A stretch of 64,000 nt of DNA, from NCBI GenBank assembly GCA_023213395.1, contig CM041465.1, positions 210,249,741 through 210,313,740 on the forward strand, in the 5' to 3' direction. Source of the stretch: Cycas panzhihuaensis. Taxonomy: Eukaryota; Plantae; Cycadophyta. Of the stretch, positions 54,529-64,000 are shown in pieces. The notes under the pieces are model-generated. The model had not been told where the DNA came from, ran no database searches, and saw nothing but the letters and a program-made list of their open reading frames with translations. Within the stretch, counting starts at the first letter, position 1. Each line of letters begins with the position of its first letter. Position numbers and translations under genes: made by a program.

Positions 54529-56632
54529 TGTAACGTTCCCAAAATAAAAGAAGTCAGTTTTATATGGAGAATTTATTATGATGAAGTCAGTTTTTAAAAC
54601 AATTAAAAGAAGAATCACTTATTTTATCTTGTTATGAAGTTGGTTTTTGGAGGGAAAAATGAGAGATTGGTTTTTGAGGGCTATAAATAGAGTAGACTCT
54701 CTTATTTGTAAATCGGCCTTGAAGAATTTTGTATATTAGAAAAATGGCTTTGTGCCATTAGGGCCTCGAGCCTATTCGAGGGTCACTCTTGCCTCGAAGA
54801 GGGTTCATCATTGCTAGACATTTTGTATCAGGTGACATGGTTCTGTTAATGTTATTCATTTTATTGCTCCATTATTGCTATCAATTAATGTATGAATGAT
54901 TTATACAATTGCTGAGTTGAATGTTGTGAATACAATCTGTTGTAAGTCTTGTTGAATTATATTTTATTAAGGGTTATATGTTGTAATTATATGTGAGCTT
55001 GCCGAAATTATTACCTCAATGTGAAAGTAAAGTTATGAAATGTTAGAGAATCTGCCATATTATTGTTATTTGCTAGGAAAAATTTGCTTCAATTTGTTGT
55101 TTAGGAAGGGCTTGCTATAATTGGTATCAGAGTTGTGTTCGAGTTCCACCCAAAGCAAAAAAAAATTACACAACAACTCCCATCACAACCACCCACGGAG
55201 TGCATCCATCTAAAGCAGTTCCAATAGATATGCATACTATTTTTAGAGGTTCGTGTGCTATCCTATGAGGAAACCTTTGAGGTCAAAAGGGCATGCTTAC
55301 TTCGGGAACCCATCAATATTAGGTCTGTAAGCCATTCTTGGTGAAGTTCGTTGAGGGACATGATTATTTTTGCAGGAACTTACCTCGGTATTACCCTGCT
55401 CTGCAACATTGAAGATCCTATCTACAAAATCATATTGTTCCTCTACCAGCTCTCAACAGAAGTCCATAAATGCTCCATATTGGTTAGATTGATAAGCTCC
55501 ACCTAGTCTCATCAAACTCATCATCTAGTTCGTAAAAGATTTTAGTTGAATGTATGACCGAGCAATGGTTAGCTAGGTAGTAGTTCACGAGGTCCCCCTC
55601 TACTTCAGATCATATGTAGGGGCACACAGTAAGCAAAGTGCATGACAAACCATTGGAAACAAAGCATAGTCGACGAATCAACGAAGGCATAGAAAGCAGA
55701 TAACTAGGCAAGCTATGCCCTAATAGCTTGCCAAGCAACAAACAAAGTGGCCATCGTGATCGCGACAAGTAGAGAGACAACCCTACAGCCAAAATCAAGT
55801 GGGTATACACTTGCAAAGGGCACAGACGAAGGGTGACCTTGAATCTCCACACAAAAAAAATCAAGGAAGGAATATATCTATCCTTTTAAAAGTTTTATAA
55901 ATTTAATTGGATACAAGTTAGTTTAGATTCCACCCTTCGTGAGATAAGCAAATGTCCAAGGGTTACACCATATGACTGAGGGTTTGAAGGTTGAAAAGAA
56001 GGGTTTTCAAAAATAATTTTGTTTTTTATTTTTTTGAATATTCTACTCTAAAAAAGGGGGTACCTAGACATTTTCATCCATATCTCCATCTACAGGTGTC
56101 AGATTGCAAGCCCGTCTGAACCATTGGATTCCTGGTTCAAAGACGATCGTAATGAGTGGTTATATGTGATAGTTTTGACTAGCAAAAGATATAGATTTTA
56201 ATCAACAAAGTAGAACCTTTATTGAATAAGAAAATGGAGTTAAATTTTTTTAATCTAGAGGATTGTGATGACATCAAAAAGTGGATAGAAGACTTCAAAT
56301 TCACGCCCAATACAAAATTTTAAGAGCATAGACAAATATTAGAAATGATATTGAACGAACAAACTTATAAGTGGTTTATTAATTGGGCTAATGAACCTTT
56401 CCTATGGTATTAATTTTTAAATGCGGCTATCGTTGTTTTCAAGAGGCATAAGCAAGATAAAATTCAAGTAGAAGAAGAAGGATAGGAAGAAGAAACTATT
56501 ATTGAGGAGATCCTAGAGATTTTGCAGGAGCTAGAATAAGAAAAAGGCCAAAGGGAACAACATGACTACATAGAAGACTCGAAGTAGGCACATGCGATAG
56601 AAGAGTCTCAAGTCAATATCAAAGAAGAAACT
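54529..56632 (+). mobile_element. 5' part of family-E element E4 (LTR 54529-55119, PBS at 55122), inserted in G2
   Basis: LTR tgtaacgttcc...gctata; PBS tggtatcagag; gag-like and Glu-rich relic 56235-56630. Confidence 0.82.
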
Positions 56633-59600
56633 TGTTAGAGTATAATGTTTAATGTATTTATGGTTAAGTAAAGTGTGTCCTAGGATTAATAATCATAGTC
56701 CTAAGTCTTAGAGTCCAAGAGTCATCATAATATTGTGTGAGAAGATAGAAGTTTATTGGTCAAGTTAGTTGGTGTAATGTCATTAGTCAGGACAAAGGTA
56801 TTTGTCCCACATGCATTACTTGTCTTGTATGTCCTCCCACCTATTTTGTATATAAAGGTGGTTGAGGTAGTATATGTCATCATGTATCATCAAGGCTCAT
56901 GTTGAGTCTATGATGCTTTGGTATGTTAATGTATTCTAATTATCTTCATTGATATTGTTATTGTGAATGATGAATGTCTTCCATGTTAAACTCTAACATG
57001 GTATCAAAGTAGGTTGTTTGTTAAGGCTATTGTTGTGTAGGTTCGCCATCACTTTGATAAGGGAGGAAGGCAACTCCGTTAGATTGGCTGTCAAATTGAA
57101 GAGTTGAATTGAGAAAGTGAAGTTCCAGGCCATCCTGCTGTAAGAAGAAGATCGAGAGAGGATGTGGCTCCATCAAGTGGGTGCCACATTGAAGAAAAGT
57201 TTCAAGTCATCGTCGGTATGAAGTTTGCCAAGTGTTGATACGAAACAGGAAGTTTGTCTAGGTAACTCTGTTCCTTACCTTGCTATAAGGAAATGATTAT
57301 GAAACAGGATTTCATGGAGTTCTTTAATTGATGGTTGTTAAATTTATCTTAACCGTTAGAGTTAAGGTTTCACACTTGTCCTTGGGGGATTATGTTAAAA
57401 TATTAAGGGTTTGTTGGCTCAGAGCAAGATTATCCTGAGATAAGGAACTAGTATTCCGTTCGTGACATTGTGAGAGTGATAAGTTGAAGGCTTACCTATT
57501 GGAATTCCATTGATGAGATCCGTGCAGTCCATTCGGTTCTATTCAAAGCTGCTACCGTGCTCGCTCAGCTTAGCTCTGTTTTTTTTCTATAAAAAAGGAG
57601 ACCGTGAGGTGATACCCTTGTTCATGCCTGTTCTGTGCATGGTTGGTGATTGTGTTGTTGCTTCTATGGAAATTTATAGTAGATCTGCATGCATGTTTGA
57701 TGAGGCACTATTGAAGCCGTAGACTATCCATAAGCTCCTTCTCTGCCCAGTTGTATGAGTCATAAGCCACATATCTATACTCTTGCGATTATTTCAAGCC
57801 AGTCTCTGTTGTGTAAACGCGTAAGGGTTTCACGTGTAACTCCAAAAGTCCATCCTCTTGAATTGGATACCATCATCTTGTGTGAAGAATTTAAAAGGCG
57901 CAACTGTGTGGAAAACTTCTCTATGTCATTGTTCGTGAGTCTCTCATTGAAGATCTAAGCCCCACGTTGCTCTAAAATGTGATTCTCCTGGCCGACTTTG
58001 CTACAGGGTTGCAATATTATTTAGCGTTGATAAAAGATGTGGAAGACTTGCTCGACATTGAACGGTATTTGTCTATAATATTTGGCAGTTGGAAACTTGA
58101 AGAAGACATATTTTAGATCTGGTGATACCAGTCATCACATCGTAGTCTCAACCTGCCATTTAACCTGACGGATGCAGTCCCCAGTCTGGTTGAACTCCAG
58201 ACTATGTTTATGTCACAGGTTTTTGGTAATCTGCCTGCAGTATGGTTGTGGTATTGTGGGAGATGAATCCTAGATGCCTTTGGCATAAGTCAAACCAGGG
58301 ATCATTAACGTAATAAAAAAGAACTGACCATGTTATGTAGATGTACTAAAATTGTGGTAACAGATGGTCTTCGTGTAGTTGTGAATTCTAGGTGATCTTC
58401 GTGGAGTTGTGAAGAAAGCTGTTGATCTCGGTGATTGGCCCTGGTTGGTACCCACAAATATTGTAGAAGTGAAGCTACAACGGAATGCACTGAGTATGGT
58501 TAAACTGCCAGCCATGAGGAAGGTGAGGAAAATGAATGCCAACATATGTTCTCCAGTAGCTCAGAATTAGCTTCTAACAATTTTCCAAAAGTCTTACAAA
58601 CCCAAATTGCAACTTCACAAGCCAATGTGGTAATCCTCCTTGTGTGGAATGTTGATGATGGACTTGAGTAAATTGGAAACAACTGAGATATTGGAGGCAC
58701 TTTAATCTTGCTGTTTTGAACCTTTCAAAGGAGTAGTTGGTTGATGCAGTTGAAAAACACCTTATCTCACAGCAATTGGATGAGTAGTAGGCTTGAAACA
58801 AGGTGACTGTACACACGGGGAAGATGGGGGCCCTGTCTGAACAATGCTAGCTCCTGAAGATAAAACAGGTAACACCCTTGTATTGAAAAGACCCAAAACT
58901 GCGATAAATTCTATTGTTCAAGGTCGTGTTTTGAAGAGGGTTCTTGTATGTTCTATTTTATCTCTACATTTAAACCGTCTAAGGCATCAGGACCGTGTCT
59001 CAGAGGCGGTCATTTTGGTATATGACTTGAGGGTCTTTATTTGTAAGTCCTTTGGTGACTACTGATAAATTTCTATTGCATATGGACACATGACTAAGTT
59101 TCATGGGTGAAAAAGGGGGCACGGTAATGAGCAAATTTGATTGTTGAGTTTCAGTTTGAAGCAACTGCATTTAAAAATCATGGAGCTAAGTGATGTTATT
59201 GTCTTTATACCAGAAATTAATGAATTCTGGGTAACAGATAGTAACATAATCCTTCCCAAATATGACGACACTAATTTTCAAATCTAGAAAATTAAGATGG
59301 AGTGCATATTCATGGTAAAGAAACTTTGGGAGACAATTATGGGTGCTGAAATGGCTCACGAAGAAGGGGAGGAAACTTTCAAAAAGAAAAATAAAAAAGC
59401 CATTGACGTAATACTTGCAGCCTTTGATAAGGACAATCTTCCTTCTCCATATCACTTCCTCATCAATGCACTTGAAAGTACTGATTCTGCTACCAAAGCC
59501 TGGAATTTGTTGAAAGAGGCATTTGAAAAGAGCCCTCAACAGGTGGAAGAGGCTCTTGAAAGGGAAAACAATTCCGTTGATAACACAGGTAAACAAGATG

Positions 59601-60226
59601 ATGAAGGAAGTTCTGCTACTTCAAGTGACAAGGTTGAAGTGGATGAGCATGTTGAATCGGCTACAGGTAACTATGATGAAGCAATTGAAACTCATCTTGA
59701 TGAATTCATTGCTTCAGGGGAGGATGATCTTATCAAAGATGATGAAGTAGAGTCTGTTTGTTCATTTCACGATCTTGTTGATCTCATTTCTAATTCAGAT
59801 ATTAGTTTCACTCTAAATTGCTCACAAATCGATGAAGATCCTGTTGAAGAGAAACATATACATGATGAAGATATTCATGCTTATGTCTTAAATGATGTTG
59901 ACTTACAAAACATTGATAACGATAATGATGATGCTCATAATGATGGCTTATACAATGTTCACACTTCAAGTGATGTTGTCTCACCACTTGATGACTTGTC
60001 GTCATATTTAGATATTGATGATATTGTCAACTTATCTCCAATTGCTGACATTTATTTGTTTGATCACTCATATGCTGAAGAAAGTGGAAGCAAACAGGTG
60101 GTAACCAGAATTCTGATAGATGACATATTCGATGTACACTTTGAAGACACCTTTGATGAGTACATGCAGAAACACCTAATAGGTCCTCACCAAGCACAAG
60201 TCAGCTCTGTGAAAAGTAGGCCAAAG
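56633..60226 (+). mobile_element. 5' part of gag-only Copia-type element T3 (LTR 56633-56998, PBS at 56999, long leader with captured DNA)
   Basis: LTR is homologous to the A/B LTRs; PBS tggtatcaaag; truncated by insertion of C3. Confidence 0.88.
58312..58806 (+). pseudogene. SAP30: Captured intronless fragment of plant SAP30/AFR (Sin3-HDAC complex subunit) gene
   Basis: Reads ELTMLCRCTKIVVT / GDLRGVVKKAVDLGDWPWLVPTNIVEVKLQRNALSM / DLSKLET / LRYWRHFNL..NLSKE*LVDAVEKHLISQQLDE. These match the recalled AFR1/AFR2 blocks (ELSVLPRHTKVVVT; GLQGVVKKAVGLGGWHWLVLTNGIEVKLQRNALS; DLSKLE...YWRHFNL...PSKEQL...RHFMSQQ.DE). Confidence 0.88.
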
Positions 60227-60232
60227 GATTAA
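59297..60232 (+). CDS. Copia-type Gag N-terminal domain fused to an Asp/Glu-rich tail (311 aa; 3' end cut by the C3 LTR)
   Basis: MECIFMVKKLWETI...DSATKAWNLLKEAFE, followed by ~200 acidic low-complexity residues; no zinc knuckle. Confidence 0.75.
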   Translation: MECIFMVKKLWETIMGAEMAHEEGEETFKKKNKKAIDVILAAFDKDNLPSPYHFLINALESTDSATKAWNLLKEAFEKSPQQVEEALERENNSVDNTGKQDDEGSSATSSDKVEVDEHVESATGNYDEAIETHLDEFIASGEDDLIKDDEVESVCSFHDLVDLISNSDISFTLNCSQIDEDPVEEKHIHDEDIHAYVLNDVDLQNIDNDNDDAHNDGLYNVHTSSDVVSPLDDLSSYLDIDDIVNLSPIADIYLFDHSYAEESGSKQVVTRILIDDIFDVHFEDTFDEYMQKHLIGPHQAQVSSVKSRPKD

Positions 60233-63200
60233 AATGCCTAAGACCTACAAAGCCAAGATCTTGAAGATAGTTCACCTCTAGTTTTAAATGACATAAGAGC
60301 AAAAAACTAAGATAAACAAGATCAAGGAAGGAAGATGATACCAAAATGCGAGGAGAAGGAATTAGTCCTACTTCAAAGAATACCAATTGATTAGCAAAAT
60401 GGCAACATAACAATACAACTCCAACTCCATATGAAAACAATGAGGAAAGGTCTCAATATATAGAGTGAAAGGAGAGACCTAAGGCATTGGATGTTTGACA
60501 AGTGTCAAACATCCAAGGTACATGCCTCGCATGTAGGACATGTGTCCTTTTAAGGCTCTCAAGTGAGCAAAAGTGCATGGGGGTCCATTTGATCCTTTAG
60601 TGACAATGTTGTGTCACTAGGAAAGAATGCGGGTGTGCAATTTATCACTTAAGTGATAAGTCACCCCTAAAGTACAAAAGTACAAATATTACATGAAAAA
60701 TAAAGTACATAGGCTTAACATGTAAACATAAGGTTTAACATCCTCCCTTACTGTTTACAATGTTAAGTCAGATCCCTAGACCATCTCTAAATTTTACAAA
60801 GTTTTCTCTACCAAGTGGCTTGGTAAAGATATCTGTTGTCTGTTGTTCTGTTGGTCTATATTGAAGGTTGATCTCACCACTTTGTACATGCTCTCTGATG
60901 AAGTGATGATGAACCTCAATATGTTTGGTCCTTGCATGAAAGACAGAATTCTTGGCCAACTTGAGTACACTTTGATTGTCGCAATAAATCCTGGTGGGAT
61001 GATCCTGCTCAAGTCCAAGCTCCCTAAGAATCCGTCGTAGCCAGATAGCTTCACAAGTCGCTACCGATCGACTTTGTACCGCCTTGGAAGACAAGGTAAC
61101 ATTGGGTTGCTTCTTGCAACTCCACGAAACAACTGCTGAACCAAGGGTAAAACAGTAACCCGAGGTTGATCTCCTGCTATCCTGGCAACTTGCCCAATCA
61201 GAGTCTGAGAACCCTTCCAGAGTGAAGTTTTCATCATGTGCATACTCAAGGCCATGTTGCAATGTGCTTTTGATGTATTTGAGTATGCGTTTAGCTGCAT
61301 TCCAATGCTTTTGATTGGGTTGAGACATGTATCTAGAGCAAATCCCAACTGCAAATGAGATGTCGTATAGTGTTGGTGAGATAAATGAGACTCCCAATCA
61401 ACTGTCGATAAAGTGTGGGATCTGTTGGTTCAGCTTCCTCATTGAAAGTAAGCTTTGTGCCATTCTCCATGGGTGTAGGCACTGATTTGCAGTCGTGCAT
61501 CCTGAACCGCTACAAAATGTCCTAAGAATATTTGGCTTGGGAGATGAAAATATAGCTTGGCTGTTGCCATACCTCAAAGCCTAAGAAATAATGGAGAAGT
61601 CCAAGATCTATCATCTCAAAACTCCTCTTCAAGTCATCCTGGAGAATCTGTATCATCTTAGTGTCATTGCTAGTGATCACTAAGTCATCTACATACAAGA
61701 CAATGAAAATGGAATGGTCTTTCCCATCTTTGATGTATAAGTTAGGATCTGAAGTAGATCGATGAAACCCATGTCTCAAAAAGTAATCATCAATCTTTGA
61801 GTACCATGCTCTTGGAGCTTGTTTCAAGCCATACAATGTCTTTTTTAGGCGACAAACTAAATGCTCCTTGCCTTGTACCTTGTAACCAGGAGGTTGCTCC
61901 AAGTATACCTCCTCCTGAAGAGCGCCATTGAGAAAGGCACTCTTCACGTCCATCTGAAAAACTGGCCATTTGCATTGCGCTGCTAAGGCCAAGATGAGTC
62001 TGATGATATTCATGTTAGCCACTAGTACGAAAGTCTCCTCGTAGTCTATGCCTTCCGTTTGTTTGAACCCTTTTGCCACAAGGCAGGCCTTCTGCTGCTT
62101 AAGTGTACCATCACAATGGAATTTGGTCTTGTAGACCCATTTGCAGCTGATTGCCTATTTGTGTTTAGGCAATTTGACCAAATCCCAAGTTCCATTCTTT
62201 TCAATAGAATAGATTTCTTCATCCATGGCAGCCTTCCAATTTTCATTTTTAGAAGCCTCCTCAAAGGTGGAAGACTCATCAACACATAGCACTTCAGCCA
62301 TAAGAGCAAAATTGGTTTGCTGCCTGTATTTTGATGGACATTTTCCTTTAATAATTTGGCCGTCCTGCATTGTTTGAGTATACCATTTTGGTAACTTTTT
62401 GATTGATGTGACTTGAACCTCAAGATCTTCTGGTCTAAGTGGTTGATCAACAGAAGATGTGTTAGGATCAAGTGGAGCTAAGTCTGATAATGTGGACTGT
62501 CTAGCAGGTGCAGATGATGTACATGGAGTTGAAGATTGAGAGGGAAGGAAAGCCTCAACAATCTTTTTGCCTTTGTCAATGGGGGTTTGGATGGATGTTG
62601 AATCCAACTCCTTATGATCTTCTTCAGCAAAGATTACATCTCGTGAGAGATGCATTTTCTTTCCAATAGGATCATACAACTTATAGGCTTTGCTATGAAT
62701 GGCATAACCTACAAAGATGCACTTTAGACTATGCTTGTCTAATTTAGTTCTTTGCTGATTGGAGATGTGCATATAAGCAGTGCACCCAAAAGTCCTCAAA
62801 TGGCTGACAGTTGGCTTTTTGCCAAACCATGCCTCCTCTAGTGTGATGTCAGTGACTGCTGTTGTTGGACTTCGATTTGCCACATAGGTGGCTGCATGGA
62901 ATGCCTTTGCCCAGTAAGCTCGAGTGAGTCCTTTTGCATGCATCATTGCTTTGGCTTTGTTAGCCAAAGTTCTATTCATTCTTTCAGAGACTCCATTTTG
63001 TTGAGGAGTGTGAGGAATAGTAAGTTGTCTCCAAATGCCATTATCCTTGCAGAATTGGGTGAATTCGTTTGAAGTAAATTCACCTCCATTGTCTGTCCTT
63101 AGTGTTTTAATGGATTGGCCAGACTTGTTCTCCACTTCAAGCTTGAATTTCTTAAACTTTTGAAATGCTTCAAACTTATGCTTGATGAAGTAAACCCAAA

Positions 63201-64000
63201 CTTTATGGGAGAAGTCGTCAATGAAGGAGATGTAGTACAACGCTCCTCCAAAGGATGCAGTGGGCATAGGTCCACACAAATCTGAGTGTACCAACTGCAA
63301 AGGATATGATATGCGCCAAGCTTTGCCTTTAGAGAAAGGCAAGTGATGTTGTGTCCCCATTATGCATGCTTCGCAAAGACATTTTGTGCCATATATATTT
63401 GGAAGCCCATGTACCATATTTTTGTTTACCATCTGCTTAAGATTATCTAAGCTCAAATGGCCTAGACGTTGATGCCAAAGTTGCATCTTGGACAAAGTTT
63501 GAGTGACAATGGAACCAGAGTAAGCAGAATCAAGTATTATGTTATTAGCATCCAATTTGTAGAGGCCATGATCCTCATATCCAACAGCTACTACCTGGTC
63601 ATTTTTGTCACTTATTACACATTTCCCATTCTTGAACAAAATGCTCATCTGTTGCTTGTCCGATTTGCTAACAGATAGCAAGCTCTTCTCCATGGAAGGT
63701 ACAATATAGGCATTGCCATTGGGAAATGTAGAGGAAGGATTGGAAGGAGAATGGAATGGAGCGATTGTGCCTATGCCAGAAATCTTGATAGATTCATTGT
63801 TGCCGAAGGTCACTGATTGACCTTTTCCTTCCTTGATGTCGCAAAGGAGTTTTTCACTCCCAGTCATGTGTTGAGTAGCCCCAGAGTCAATGATCCAAGT
63901 TTGATCATCCTTGGATGAATGATAAGCACAAAATAGTTTGTCCTCATCTACAAACTGATTGAAGTGGCGTTGATTGCTACCTCTAAAACCCCCCCTTCCT
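60227..64000 (-). mobile_element. Near-autonomous Copia element C3, C1-related (3' LTR ~60227-60740); runs off the window
   Basis: Protease WIIDSGATQHMT, GAG-pre-integrase LWHQRLGH, integrase HSDLCGP/RTDNGGEF/PQQNGVSER, RT YVDDL, RNase H; a few frameshifts and stops; PPT at 60741. Confidence 0.95.

Noticed and set aside
57600-57722. Possible PPR-gene relic (LVHA...MFDE)
   Set aside because: Similarity is too short and split across frames to support.

Overview
AT-rich nuclear DNA of a large-genome land plant; the species cannot be determined from the sequence. About 90% of the window is retroelement-derived. The only host gene is three minus-strand exons (49090-51093) of glutamine-dependent NAD+ synthetase (QNS1/NADSYN1 family), and one of its introns appears to be GC-AG. 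I found no further exons in the window, so the flanking introns appear to be >=49 kb and >=12.9 kb. These introns are filled with nested elements resolved by LTRs, PBS/PPT and 5-bp TSDs. They include a near full-length L1-type LINE with three direct insertions, a four-level LTR stack (23971-48246), chromodomain Gypsy elements, deleted and near-autonomous Copia elements, and two kinds of non-autonomous gag-only LTR elements. The main finding is that one gag-only Copia-type element carries an intronless, degenerate copy of the host SAP30/AFR (Sin3-HDAC subunit) gene in its 5' leader (58312-58806). Other findings: a TSD-flanked TRIM-like chimera with a Gypsy-type left end and a Copia-type right end, a conserved triple-hairpin module in LTRs, and interchangeable cassettes after gag. 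All protein family calls come from motif recognition by eye; no searches were run.
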